Origin: Leucoraja ocellata
Lineage: Eukaryota
NCBI GenBank assembly: GCA_036785375.1
Contig: JAWMAR010000622.1
Location: forward strand, 868,001 to 932,000
DNA length: 64,000 bases
Direction of reading: 5' to 3'
Below, piece after piece: positions 37,438-50,457 of the stretch (position 1 is its first letter; each line of letters starts with the position of its first letter). Under the pieces are notes generated by a model. That model saw only the letters and a list, made by a program, of their open reading frames with translations, had not been told where the DNA came from and did not search any database. Position numbers and translations under genes: made by a program.

Positions 37438-39327
37438 GGATAGGTTCAGAGGGACATGGGCCAAACGCAAGCAGGTGGGACTAATGTAGATGGGGCAAGT
37501 TGGTCGGCGTGGTCAATTAGAGCCTTTTCCACGCTGTGTGATTATATGACTGTGACTTCATGCTGGAATATTTACCGAAAAACAAAGTGCGAGATGTTTT
37601 GTTCGGTTTAGTTTAGGGGTACAGGAAACAGGCTCTTCGGCCCACTGAGTCCGTACTGACCAGCGATCCCCGCACATTAACCCAAGCCTGCACGCTCAAA
37701 GGACAATATTTTTTGTTTACACCAAGTATACAAACTCTAGCCAATTAATTCTCAAACTTGCGCGTCTTTGGAGCGTGCGAAGAAACCTAGAATTTCGGTG
37801 AAAATCCACGCGGTCACTGGTACAACGTAAAACTCCTACAGAGAGCACCAGTAGTGAGGATCAAACCTGGGTCTCTGGCGCTGCGAGGCAACAACTCTAC
37901 CGCTGCGCCACCGTGCTGCCCAGATCGGGCCCCTAGTGCAGACAGTGGCTTAAATTGCATGACTTCCCTGGGCCACGTGTAACACGGTCGATAGGCCAAC
38001 TCTTAAAGGTGCAGGTCATTTCCTACATTGATTACAACGGGTGTCAATGGCTATGGAAAGAAGGCATGAAAATTGGATTAGGAGAGATCTGCCATGATTG
38101 AATGGCGGAGTGGACTCGATGGGCCGAATGGCCTAATTCTACTCCAATAAAGCGTGAACGTGTGACATCCCCACAGCCGAAATGTCATCGTTCTGTATCA
38201 CAAGGTAATGGAGAAACCTCTACTTAACTAAACATAATTTGAAAACAAAATCAAATTGCAGATTCGTCAGCATTTACAGCAGGATTCCGCGCTGGTGTGA
38301 TTGACCTGTTAACGTTTCTGCTTAAATAAATTAATTGATTCAAATTATATATATATTTGTTTCCCCCCCCCCCCCCCCTCTTTTTTTCTTCTTCTTTTTA
38401 TACTTTATTTATTTATTTGTTTGTAAGTTTCGCAGCTGCCCCGCTGCATGTATTAGAAACCGTAAATTGCCGTAATATACGTGCTACCGACCGGGGACTA
38501 TTCCTCGCTAGCTTTCACGCGTTTGCAACCTTGTACGGAGAGGTGTCACAACTTCTAATATTTACAACAAAAAACTTGTGCTAGTTTGAGGAAGAATCGG
38601 CAAGGATGAACGACCTGTGAGTTTCCTACACTCCAAATGATATATTTATTTATTTCTCTATTTATCTATCCATTCGTCTATTCATTTATTTATTTATTTG
38701 GACAAGCTTTTCCCTTTGAGAGTAGGGAAGATTCAAACAAGAGGACATTACTTCAGAATTAAGGGACAGAAGTTTAGGGGTATTATGAGGGGGAACTTCT
38801 TTACTCAGAGAGTGGTAGCGGTGTGGAATGAGCTTCCAGTGGAAGTGGTGGAGGCAGGTTCATTGGTATCATTTAAAAATAAATTGGATAGGCATATGGA
38901 TGAGAAGGGAATGGAGGGTTATGGTATGAATGCAGGCAGGTGGGACTAAGGGGAAAAACATTTGTTCGGCTGGGACTTGTAGGGCCGAGATGGCCTGTTT
39001 CCGTGCTGTAATTGTTATATGGTTATATGGTTATTTATTTATTTTCTGTCTGTTTATTTATTTATTTATTTGTCTGCTTATTTATTTACTTATTTATTAG
39101 GAGTAAGCACAATACAGTGATGCCTTTTTTTCAGGTGTCAAATATATGTTGGCGTGTTACATTCTATGTATAGCTTCATGTTTTTATTTTTTTATTTTTT
39201 TAATATTTATATTTATAAATTATATTTTTAAAAGACTTGAAATGCACTTTAATTTCAGTCGGCCGTGTGTCTTGGGAACCACTCCTTTTAAGACTACGAG
39301 AGGGAAATTAAACTTCCCTTAAACTTC

Positions 39328-39957
39328 AAAAGGATTTGAGTATAGGAGCAGGGAGGTTCTACTGCAGTTGTACAGGGTCTTGGTGAGACCACACCTGGAG
39401 TATTGCGTACAGTTTTGGTCTCCTAATCTGAGGAAAGGCATTCTTGCCCTAGAGGGAGTACAGAGAAGGTTCACCAGATTGATTCCTGGGATGTCAGGAC
39501 TTTCATATGAAGAAAGACTGGATTGACTCGGCTTGTACTTGCTAGAATTTACAAGATTGAGGGGGGGGGATTATAGAAACTTACAAAATTCTTAAGGGGT
39601 TGGACAGGCTAGATGCAGGAAGATTGTTCCCGATGTTGGGGAAGTCCAGAACAAGGGGTCACAGTTTAAGGATAAGGGGGAAATCTTTTAGGACCGAGAT
39701 GAGGAAAATATTTTTCACACAGAGAGTGGTGAATCTGTGGAATTCTCTGCCACAGAAGGTAGTTGAGGCCAGTTCGTTGGCTATATTTAAGAGGGAGTTA
39801 GATGTGGCCCTTGTGGCTCAAGGGATCAGGGGGTATGGAGAGAAGGCAGGTACAGGATACTGAGTTGGATGATCAGCCATGATCATATTGAATGACGGTG
39901 CAGGCTCGAAGGGCCGAATGGCCTACTCCTGCACCTATTTTCTATGTTTCTATGTTT
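39328..39957 (+). mobile_element. CR1 LINE 3' fragment
   Basis: CR1 ORF2 C-terminus, 3' UTR and (ttctatgt) tail. Confidence 0.9.
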
Positions 39958-41643
39958 CCCGATTATTGCGCATGTTTGGGAAATTGCTGTTTTATCGGAC
40001 GTTTAGAAACCATGGTTTGCTTTACACATATAACATCGAACACTGAAAAATGTAATGTAGGAAGGAACTGTAGATGCTTACACCTTAGAGAGAGAGAGAG
40101 AAAAAAAATGCTGGAGTAACTCAGCGGGACAGGCAGCGTCTCTGGAGAGAAGGAACGGGTGATGATTCGGGTCGAGACCCTTCTTGTCTGAGGAAGCAAA
40201 AATCAAACTGATGGAGAAATGTCCCTCCTCAGATGGTGGCTGCCCCGCTGAGTTCCTCTAGCACGTTGTGTTCTTGCTCAAAAATCCGGCATTTGCAGTC
40301 ATTTGTGTCTCCGTTTTACAGTGGAAACAAAGACAAGGAGGTGCTGGTTAATACACAAAATGGCCCAAAATGCTGGAGTAACTCAGCGGGTCAGGCAGCA
40401 TCCTTGGAGAACGTGAATAGGTGATGGTTCGGGTCGAGGCCCCTCTTGAGAACCGACCCGAAACGTCACCTATCCATTTTCTCCCGGAAACATGCCTGAC
40501 CCACTGAGTTACTCCAGCACTTTGTGTCCTTCGACGATAGACACATTAATGCTGGAGTAACTCAGCGGGACGGGCAGCATTTCCTGAGAGAAGGGCGAAT
40601 GGATGATGTGTCGGGGGTCGAGACCCTTCTTCAGATCCGAAACGTCGTCCATTCCTTCTCTCCAGAGATGCTGCCTGTCCCGCTGAATTGCTCCAGCCTT
40701 CTGCGTCTGCTGAATAATAAAGCATAGGAGCAGGCGCTTCGGCCCATACTTTCCGTGCTGTACATGATGCCAAGATAAATTAATACCCTCTACATGTAGA
40801 TGGTCCATGCCCAAAGAGCGGTGAAAATATGGAACTGCCTCCTGCGGAAAGGAGCTGANNNNNNNNNNNNNNNNNNNNNNNNNNNNNNNNNNNNNNNNNN
40901 NNNNNNNNNNNNNNNNNNNNNNNNNNNNNNNNNNNNNNNNNNNNNNNNNNNNNNNNNNNNNNNNNNNNNNNNNNNNNNNNNNNNNNNNNNNNCCGAGTCC
41001 TTACCGACCGGCGAACGGGCGAACACACACATTGCCACTATCCAACAAACACTAAGGACAAGTTTACAATTTTACCGAAGCCAATTAAACCTGAGGTACG
41101 AAGCCTTTAAACCTGAGGTACACAAAAATGCTGGCGAAACTCAGCGGGTGCAGCAGCATCTATGGAGCGAAGGAAATAGGCAACGTTTCGGACCGAAACG
41201 TTGCCTATTTCCTTCGCTCCATAGATGCTGCTGCACTCGCTGAGTGTCTCTAGCAATTTTGTCTACCTTCGATTTTCCAGCATCTGCAGTTCCTTCTTAA
41301 ACCTTTAAACCTGTACGTTTTGGGAATTCAAAGATGCCTGCACGTTTTTTTTGGAATGTGGGAGGAAAGCGGAGAACCCGGAGAAAACCCATACAGGTCA
41401 CGGGGAGAATGTACAAACTCCGTACAGACAGTACCCCGTAGTCAGAATCTAACCCGGGTCTCTGGTGCTGTGAGGCAGAAACTGTGCCGCTAACATTCGC
41501 TGGTGGTTACTGGATACTGGAAAATAGGGATTAAGCCCTTAACATTTTACTGTGTTGGTGAGATAATATTAATCTGTTTGTAGTCGCTTGAGCTGAACAT
41601 GGCGTTGAATTTCCCAACTTATTTTCACCTGACTTTTGTTTAG

Positions 41644-41778
41644 CATTTGGTGTCCGGGTGATATCGGCGCCGACGGATGAAATGGTGACAGCTGGCGGAG
41701 CGAGAACGGCGACGGAGACCACAGTTATGAATGAGCCCATAACCGATACATCGTGGAGCAGTCTGACCAAATCCACAG
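41644..41778 (+). CDS. ITIM-bearing transmembrane protein, exon 2 (Ser/Thr-rich ectodomain)
   Basis: cttttgtttag|...|gtagaa, 135 nt, phase 1-1: FGVRVISAPTDEMVTAGGARTATETTVMNEPITDTSWSSLTKST. Non-repetitive island among transposons. Confidence 0.8.
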
Positions 41779-41835
41779 GTAGAAACTAGTGGGAAAGTCT
41801 AGGACAAGAGGTCATAGTCTCAGAATTAAAGGACG

Positions 41836-42330
41836 TTCTTGCCATAGAGGGAGTATAGAGAAGTTTCACCAGACTAATTCCTGGGATGGCAGGACTTTCA
41901 TATGAAGAAAGACTGGATAGACTCGGCTTGTACTCGCTAGAATTCAGAAGATTGAGGGGGATCTTATAGAAACTTACAAAATTCTTAAGGGGTTGGACAG
42001 GCTAGTTGCAGGAAGATTATTCCCGATGTTGGGGAAGTCCAGAACTATGGGTCACAGTTTAAGGATAAGAGGGAATTTAGGATCGAGATGAGAAAAACAT
42101 TTTTTACACAGTGAGTGGTGAATCTGTGGAATTCTCTGCCACAGAAGGTAGTTGAGGCCAGTTCATTGGCTATATTTAAGAGGGAGTTAGATGTGGCCCT
42201 TGTGGCTAAAGGGATCAGGGGGTATGGAGAGAAGGCAGGGATGGGATAGTGAGTTGGATGATCAGCCATGATCATATCGAATGGCGGTGCAGGCTCGAAT
42301 GGCCTACTCCTGCACCTATTTTCTATGTTT
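41836..42330 (+). mobile_element. CR1 LINE 3' fragment (another at ~43420-43850)
   Basis: Same family signature as 39328-39957. Confidence 0.88.
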
Positions 42331-44172
42331 CCTTTAAGAAGGAGAAAGAGTTCTATAGCATTGGGTAATACAGTGTGGAAACAGGCCCTTCGGCTCAACT
42401 TACCAACATCGGCCAACATGCCCCAGCTATACTAGTCCTACCTGCCTGCGCTTGCTCCATATCCCTCCAAACATGTCCTATCCATGTACCTGTCTAACAG
42501 TTTCTGAAACATTAGGATGGTCCCAGCCTCAACTACCTCCTCTGGCAGCTTGTTCCATACACCCACCACCCTTTGTGTGAAAATGTTACCCCTCAGATTC
42601 CTATTAAATCTTTTCCCCTTCACCTTGAACCTATGTCCTCTGGTCCTCGATTCCCCTACTCTGGGCAAGAGTCTCTGTACTTCTACCCGATCTATTCCTC
42701 TCATGATTTTATACACATCAATAAGATCACCCTCATCTTCCAGCTCTCCAGGGAATACAGACCCAGATGGGGAGGTATTTCTTTCATCGGGGGGTGGTCA
42801 ATCTGTGGAATTATTTGCCACAGAAGGCTGTGGAGGCCAAGTCAATTGATATTGTTTAAGGCAGAGATTCTCGACTAGTACGGGTGTCTGGATTTATATG
42901 GAGATCGCAGGAGAATTCTGTTAGGAGGGAGAGATAGATCAGGCATGATGGAGTGACGTGGTACACTTGATGGGCCGAATGGCCTTATTCTGTTCCTATC
43001 ACATGACATTATGATCTTGTGAACAGGGATTAAAATCCTGTCCTAACCCATCCGGACCCGACTGAATCCCATTTTTTAAAACGCAACCTGCGTTCGTAAC
43101 CCTTGCATTCCCTCTCTCTCCGTCCCTCCCCCACCCTGCCTCTCTTGCTAATTTCACCTCCTTCGTCATCACGTCGTCCCCAGCCAACAATGGACCATTG
43201 TGGGCTCCACCTTTCCCGAGTGATCTATGCCGGCACTGCTTTGTTCTGAACCTTCCCATACCTCAATATCCTTCTCCCCCGATTCTGAATCTGATGAAGG
43301 GTCTCGACCCGAACGCTCACCCATACCGTTTTCTTCCAGAGATGCTGCCTGACCCGCTGAGTTACCCATGCATTTTGTGTCTATCCTCTGCGTCCACTCG
43401 TGCGGGCTGCCTCATTATGTCTCGGCTTGTACTCGCTAGAATTTAGAAGATTGAGGGGGGATCTTATAGAAACTTACAAAAGTCTTAAGGGGTTGGACAG
43501 GCTAGATGCAGGAAGATTGTTACCGATGTTGGGGAAGTCCATGACAAGGGATCACAGCTTAAGGATAAGGGGGATATCCTTTAAGACCGAGATGAGAAAA
43601 AACATTTTCACACAGAGAGTGGCGAATCTCTGGAACTCTCTGCCACAGAAGGTAGTTGAGGCCAGTTCATTGGCTATATTTAAGATGGAGTTAGATGTGG
43701 CCCTTGTGGCTAAAGGGATCAGGGGGTACGGAGAGAAGGCAGGTACAGGATACTGAGTTGGATGATCAGCCATGATCATATTGAATGGCGGTGCAGGCTC
43801 GAAGGGCCGAATGGCCTCTACTCCTGCACCTATTTTCTATGTATCAATGTATCTATGATCTGAAGAGGGGTCCCGACCCGAACCGCCCCTTTAGACTTCA
43901 TACCTTAGAATTTAGATACAGTGCGGGAACAGGCTCTTCGGCCCACCGAGTCCCCACCTACCAGCGATCACCCCGTACACTATCACTATCCTACACACCA
44001 GGGACAAATTTACAGAAACGAATTACCCGACAAATCCAGCACGTCTTTGTGCTGTGGGAGGAAACCGGAAAACCCGGAGAAACCCCGCGCGGTCACAGAG
44101 AGAACGTACAAACTCCACACAGGCCGAATCCGCAGTCTCCACCCAGGAACCAGATTCTCTGGCGCTGTAAAA

Positions 44173-44398
44173 TGCCCCTGTCCCACTTAGGAAACCTGAA
44201 CGGAATCCTCTGGAGACTTTGCGCCCCACCCAAGATTTCCGTGCGGTTCCCGGAGGTTGCAGGTCGTTGCCGGAGGTTGCAGGTAGTGGAAGCTGGTAGG
44301 GAGACTGACAAAAACCTCCGGGAACCGCACGGAAACCTTGGGTGGGGCACAAAGTCTCCAGAGGTTTCCGTTCAGGTTTCCTAAGTGGGACAGGGACA
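44173..44398. mobile_element. PIF/Harbinger MITE nested in an HE1-like SINE
   Basis: Same TIR family; interrupts the SINE head ggcgctgTAAggcagcaac at TAA. Confidence 0.85.
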
Positions 44399-45196
44399 TA
44401 AGGCAGCAACTCTACCGCTGCACCTCATCTATCCATGTACTCCAGCTATGCTGCCTGACCAGTTGCGGTACTCCAGCATTTTGTGTTCTCGTTATCATCT
44501 TCTCCTTTCGGGAAACTCCCGCGCCCCATAGATTGGGGGAGCGTAGAGCGACTAATTGATTCCATCCCCCCACGGGCCAGCAGCGGCCCTGTGGGCCAAA
44601 TGGCCGCCTGCACGGCTGCAGTAAATTTGGGGAGGAAACAACAGATGTCTCACATTCAGGCCGATGCCGTGTGACACTGGGCTTGGCGGTGTATGGGGGA
44701 GGTGCGGGCGCCGGCAGGTCGCCCACTCTCACAGGCATTTCACCTCTGACCAAGTCACCAACTTGCATTAAGCTAAGCCCGTGGGCTGTCTGTGGGTAGA
44801 TTACCTATCTTTGACTCTCTAGTTGTGAGTCTTGTTGCTAAGTGTGCAGGTCTCATGCAGGTGTGCAGGTCTCATGCTCTCGCTGCGGTTTCATGAGGAA
44901 AAGCGTAGCCTTCACCCACCGTCCTCGCTACTAAATCGTGTCCATCGCTCTACATTCGACCAGACCTGATCGAAGTATGCAACATTATGATAGGCATAGA
45001 GGGGGTGGACAGTCAGAACCATTTTTCCAGGGTGAAAATGTCAAAGACTCGAGGGCCCAGCTTTTCATTCAGAGGAGCAAATTTCAAATGAGATTGTCAA
45101 AGAGTTATAGTCGCCCAGTGGGGAAACAGGCCCTTCGGCCCAACTTGCCCATACCGTCCAATATGTGTTCGGCCCATACCCCTTTAAACCTAACCT

Positions 45197-46345
45197 ATGA
45201 TATTGGGGGTATGGTGTTGACATGGATAGAAAATTGGTTGGCTGACCGGAAGCAAAGAGTAGGAGTGAACGGGTCCTTTTCACAATGGCAGGCAGTAGTG
45301 AGTGGAGTGCCGCAAGGCTCGGTGTTGGGGCCGCGACTGTTTACCATATATATTAATGATTTGGAAGAGGAAATTAGGAGCAACACTAGCAAGTTTGCGG
45401 ATGACACAAAGCTGGGTGGCAGTGTGAACTGTGAAGAGGATGTTAGGAGATTGCAGGGTGACCTGGACAGGTTGAGTGAGTGGGCAGATGCGTGGCAGAT
45501 GCAGTATAATATAGATAAATGTGAGGTTATCCACTTTGGCGGCAAAAACAAGGGGGCAGATTATTATCTCAATGGGGTTAGGTTAGGTAAGGGGGAGGTG
45601 GGCGTCCTTGTACACCGGTCACTGAAAGTTGTCGTGCAGGTACAGCAGGCAGTGAAGAAAGCTAATGGAATGTTGGCCTTAATAACAAGAGGATTTCAGT
45701 ATAGGAGTAAAGAGGTTCTTCTGCAGTTGTATAGGGCTCTGGTGAGACCACATCGGGAGCATTGTGTACAGTTTTGGTCTCCTAATTTGAGCAAGGACAT
45801 CCTTGTGATTGAGGCAGTGCAGCGTAGATTCACGAGATTGATCCCTGGGATGGCGGGACTGTCATACGAGGAAAGATTGAAAAGACTAGGCTTGTATTCA
45901 CTGGAGTTTAGAAGGATGTGGGTGAGGGGGGGGGGGGGGGGGGGGGTGAGGATCTTATAGAAACATATAAAATTATAAAAGGACTGGACAAGCTAGATGC
46001 AGGAAAAATGTTCCCAATGTTGGGCGAGTCCAAAACCAGGGGCCACAGTCTTAGAATAAAGGGGAGGCCATTTAAGACTTAGGTGAGAAAAAAACCTTTT
46101 CACCCAGAGAGTTGTGAATTTATGGAATTCCCTGCCACAGACGGCAGTTGAGGCCAAGTCACTGGATGGATTTAAGAAAGAGTTAAATAGAGCTCTAGGG
46201 GCTAGTGGAGTCAAGGGATATAGGGAGAAGGCAGGCACGGGTTATTGATAGGGGATGATCAGCCATGATCACAATGAATGGCGCTGCTGGCTCGAAGGGC
46301 CAAATGGCCTCCTCCTGCACCTATTTTCTTTGTTTCTATGTTTCT
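45197..46345 (+). mobile_element. CR1 LINE, longest RT fragment in the window (5'-truncated)
   Basis: SGVPQGSVLGP.LFTIYINDL...KFADDTKLGG RT motifs; frameshifted at the poly-G run near 45926-45946. Confidence 0.95.
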
Positions 46346-46688
46346 ATCATGTACCTGTCGAAATGTTTCTTAAACGTTGCGATTGTCCTAGCCTCAACTA
46401 CCTCCTCCGGCAGCTTGTTCCATACACCCACCACCTTTTGTGTGAAAAAGTTACCCCTCCGATTCCCATTGCATCCTTTCCCGTGGTCGAGTCTACGCCG
46501 CCACTTGTTCTGGCTCTGTGAGGCAGCAACTCTACCGATACAGCACTGTGACAATTTTCCAGTAGCCCCCTCCCCCAGACCCTCACAATACCCTGGGCAT
46601 GTTTGATCCATATGAACCCTGGCCAACGGTCAACAGACCAAATGTAGAGGTTTACCGGCGACCCGTGGTGTAACAACTCTTTCTGCAG

Positions 46689-46811
46689 ACGGTGACAGCG
46701 GAGCGACTTGCCCCTTGCTCTCTGGAAGTGACATTTTGATCGCCGCCGCGCTTGGAATTGTGTTCGGGATCGCCGCGTTGTCCTGCCTGTACCTGGTTAA
46801 ACATCGGATCG
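46689..46811 (+). CDS. ITIM-bearing transmembrane protein, exon 3 (TM helix)
   Basis: ctctttctgcag|...|gtgagt, 123 nt, phase 1-1: DGDSGATCPLLSGSD ILIAAALGIVFGIAALSCLYLV KHRI. Confidence 0.9.
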
Positions 46812-47790
46812 GTGAGTGACTGAGCTCCTTCCAGGGGTGTTCCTTAGATATCGGGCAAGGGGCCGGTCAAAGGATTACTCGAGGATTGGTAACTGCCCGG
46901 GTTTTTCAGATGCCAGCGCACCGTGCGAGTTGAGTTCTCTCAAGAATATTTCCCGGAACATCGGAGTTTGAAGGGAGACTTGATAGAAGTTACAGAGTTA
47001 TAGAATCATGGAGTGATACATTGTGGAAACAGGCCGTTCAGCCCAGCTTGTCCATACTGACCAACATTCCCCATCTACACCCGTCCAACCTGCTCGCGTT
47101 TGATCCACATCCCTCTAAACCTGTCCAAATCCATGTACCTGTCTAACTGTTTCTTAAACGTTGATATAACCCCTGCCTCAACTACCACCTCTGGCAGTTT
47201 TTTTTCATACACCCACCACCCTTTGTGTGAAAACGTTACCCCTCAGATTTCTATTAAATCCTTTCCCCTTCTCCTTCAACCTATGTCCCTCTGGTCCACG
47301 ATTCACCTACTCTGGTCAAGAGACTCTGTGCATTTGCCCGATATGTTCCTCTCATGATTTTATACACCTCAACAATAACATCGCCCTTCATCCTTCTGCG
47401 CTCCAAGGAATAGAGTCCCAACCCTGAGTTCTAGCCCTGGCAACATCTTCTAAGCACCTTTTCTAGATTGACAGTATATTTTGTATAACATGGTGGCCAG
47501 AACTGAACGCGATACTCTAAATGCGGCCTCACCAACGTCTTATACAAATCCCCACTACGGGCGCTGTCTGTACGGAGTTTGTGCCTTCTCCCCGTGACCG
47601 CGTGGATTCTGTCCGAGATCTTCGGTTTCACCGACACTCCGAAGACGCACAGGTTTGTAGGTTAACTGGCTTGGTATAAATGCAAATTGCCCCGCGTGTG
47701 CGGGGGTCGCTGGTCGGTGCAGACTTGGTGGGCCTGTTTTCGCGCTGTATCTCCAACTCAGCGGGACAGGCAGCATCTCTGGATAGAAGG

Positions 47791-47830
47791 AATGGGTGAC
47801 GTTTCGGGTCGAGACCCTTCTTCAGACTGA
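47791..47830 (-). ncRNA. Minimal hammerhead ribozyme core in a Penelope-like terminal repeat
   Basis: Minus strand: CTGAAGA-A-GGGTC-TC-GACCC-GAAAC-GTC, i.e. CUGANGA box, stem II, GAAA, palindromic stem III and GUC cleavage triplet. Confidence 0.6.
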
Positions 47831-48377
47831 GGATATGGGCAAAAACGCACGAAGTGGGTCCAGTGCAGATGGGGCATGTTGATCAGTGTGGGCAAGTTGG
47901 GCCGAAGGGCCTGTTTCCATGACTCGTGTCCCATATAATATTCTGAATTATCGGGATTTTATCTTTTTTAATGTAATCTACCACCCTGCCTCGCAAATCT
48001 GCTCCCTGCTAAATTACAATACGAAATCACCAATTTCATTCTAATTTCCAATATATTATCTAAAACGAATGGGACGTCTAATTGTTATTTAATTACCACT
48101 GATTAGAATCTTCTCCGATTACATGCAGACTTGCTTCACCAATGTTCATTTCATTTGAACATCGAATCATTAATTTCATTCTAACTTCCTTTAACAGAAA
48201 ACGGCTGATTTCAATCTGATCTATTTCACTATAATCTGAAATTATTGATCATAATGTGTTCGCAATTGAAATCGTGAATCGTTGTTCTGCGCCTCATTAC
48301 AATATAAACCAGATGATTTCGATGTAGATTTAGTTTAGAGATACAGCGCGAAAACAGGCCCTTCGGCCCACTGAGTC

Positions 48378-48937
48378 ATAGAAATATAGAAACATAGAAA
48401 TTAGGTGCAGGAGTAGGCCATTCGGCCCTTCGAGCCTGCACCGCCATTCAATATGATCATAGACACATAGAAACATAGAAATTAGGTGCAGGAGGAGGCC
48501 ATTCGGCCCTTCGAGCCTGCACCGCCGTTCAATATGATCATGGCTGATCACCCAACTCAGTATTCCGTACCTGACTTCTCTCCATACCCTCTGATCTCCT
48601 TAGCCACAAGGGCCACATCTAACTCCCTCTTAAATATAGCCAATGAACTGTGGCCTCAACTACCTTCTGTGGCAGAGAATCCCACAGATTCACCACTCTC
48701 TGTGTAAAACATGATTTTCTCATCTCGGTCCTAAAAGACTTCCCCCTTATCCTTAAACTGTGACCCCTTGTTCTGGACTTCCCCAACATCGGGAATAATC
48801 TTCCTGCATCTAGCCTGTCCAACCCCTTAAGAATTTTGTAAGTTTCTATAAGATCCCCCCTCAATCTTCTGAATTCTAGCGTGTACAAGCCGAGTCTATC
48901 CAGTCTTTCTTCATATGAAAGTCCTGCCATCCCAGGA
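48378..48937 (-). mobile_element. CR1 LINE 3' fragment with duplicated tail
   Basis: ORF 48619-48930; the 3' UTR/tail is repeated twice at 48378-48540. Confidence 0.9.
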
Positions 48938-49274
48938 GTCCACGCCGACCAGCGATCCCCGCACTATCCTACATACATTAGGGGTAAGTTAAAGTGACAC
49001 CAAGCCAATAAACCTTTAGTTTATTTGGAGTGTGGAGGAAACTGGAGCACCCGGAGAAAACCCACGCAGCTCACGGGGAGAACCTACGAACTCCATACAA
49101 AACAGTACCAGTAGTCAGGATCGAACCCGGGTTTCTGGCGCTGTGAGCAGCAAATCTACCGCTGAGCAACCGTGCCGCCCTGATATATTAATGTCGAGCG
49201 TGGTTAATTGTAAAGAGTTCGCTTGTGTTTCAGTTCCATTCCAATCCCACACAAGAGATTAGTGTGCAATATTA

Positions 49275-50380
49275 GACCACATGGTATTCGAGGTAAAGGC
49301 ATTGACATGGATAGAGGGCTGGTTGGTAGATAGGATGCAAAGAGTAGGAATTAACGGGTCCCTTTTCAGAATGGCAGGCAGTGATTAGTAGGGTGCACCA
49401 AGGCTCAGTGCTGGGACCCCAGTTATTTACAAATTATAACAGATTTAGTCGAAGGACTTAAATATAACATCTCCAAGCTTGCGGATGACACAAAGCTGGG
49501 TGGCAGGGTGAGCTGCGAGAAAGATGCTTTGAGGCTGCAGTGTGACTTGGATAGGTTTGGTGAGTGGGCAGAAGATTGGCAGATGCAGGATAATGTAGAT
49601 AAAAGTGAGGTTATCCACTTTGGTGGCAAGAACAAGAAGGCAGGTTGTTATCTGAATGGTGTCAGATAGAAGAAAAAGGGAGGTGCAACGAGACTTGTAC
49701 ATCAGTCATTGAAAGTAAGCATGCAGGTACAGCAGGCAGTGAAGAAAGCAAATGCCACGTTGGCCTACATAGCGAGATGATTGGAGCATAGGAGCAAGGA
49801 GATCCCTCTGCAGTTGCACATGGTCCTAGTGAGACCGCAACAGAGTCTGTGTGCAGTTTTGGTCTCCTAATTTGAGGAAACACATTCTTGCTGTTGAAGG
49901 AGTAGGTTCATCAGATTAATTCCCGGGATGGCGGGAATGACATATGATGAAATAATGGATCGACTGGGCTAGCATTCACTGGAATTTAGAAGGATGAGAG
50001 GATATCTTATAGAAACATGTAACATTCTTAAAGGGTTGGACAGGCGAGATGCAGGAAAAAATGTTCCCGATGTTGGGGTAGTCCAGAACCAGGGGTCACA
50101 GTTTAAGAATAAGGGGTAGACCATTTAGGATCGAGATGAGGATAAACCCAGACAGTTGTGAATCTGTGGAATTCTCTGCCACATAAGGCAGTGGAGACCA
50201 ATTCACTGGATGTTTTCAGTGGAGTTAGATATCGCTCTTGAAGCTAATGGAATCAATGGATATGGGGAGAAAGCAGGACCGGGGTACTGATTTTGGATGG
50301 TCAGCCATGATCATATTGAATGGCCGCTGGCTTAAAGAGCCGAATGGCATAATTCTGCACCTATTATCTATGTTTCTATT
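49275..50380 (+). mobile_element. Older degraded CR1 RT fragment
   Basis: Homologous to 45197-46345 with stops and indels. Confidence 0.88.
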
Positions 50381-50392
50381 TAACATTTTCAG

Positions 50393-50457
50393 CCGCCTGT
50401 ACGGATTCGAGCTGCTTTGATGTGTCCCCTGATTTTATTCGTCGATCGAACAGCCAG
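50393..50457 (+). CDS. ITIM-bearing transmembrane protein, exon 4 (juxtamembrane)
   Basis: cattttcag|...|gtactt, 65 nt, phase 1-0, exactly the phase bridge needed between exons 3 and 5: AACTDSSCFDVSPDFIRRSNSQ. Confidence 0.75.

Noticed and set aside
44500-44940. Unique-looking GC-rich segment in intron 2 of the ITIM gene as a possible Ig exon
   Set aside because: No Ig motifs in the frames examined and no convincing in-phase acceptor/donor pair.
44938-45960. 340-aa ORF, the longest gap-free ORF in the track
   Set aside because: 5'-truncated CR1 reverse-transcriptase fragment with unrelated upstream sequence; not a host gene.
49234-49262. Acceptor-like gtgtttcag (and ctttaacag at ~48197) after the TM exon
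   Set aside because: Both hit a stop within 10 codons in the required phase and lack supporting features.
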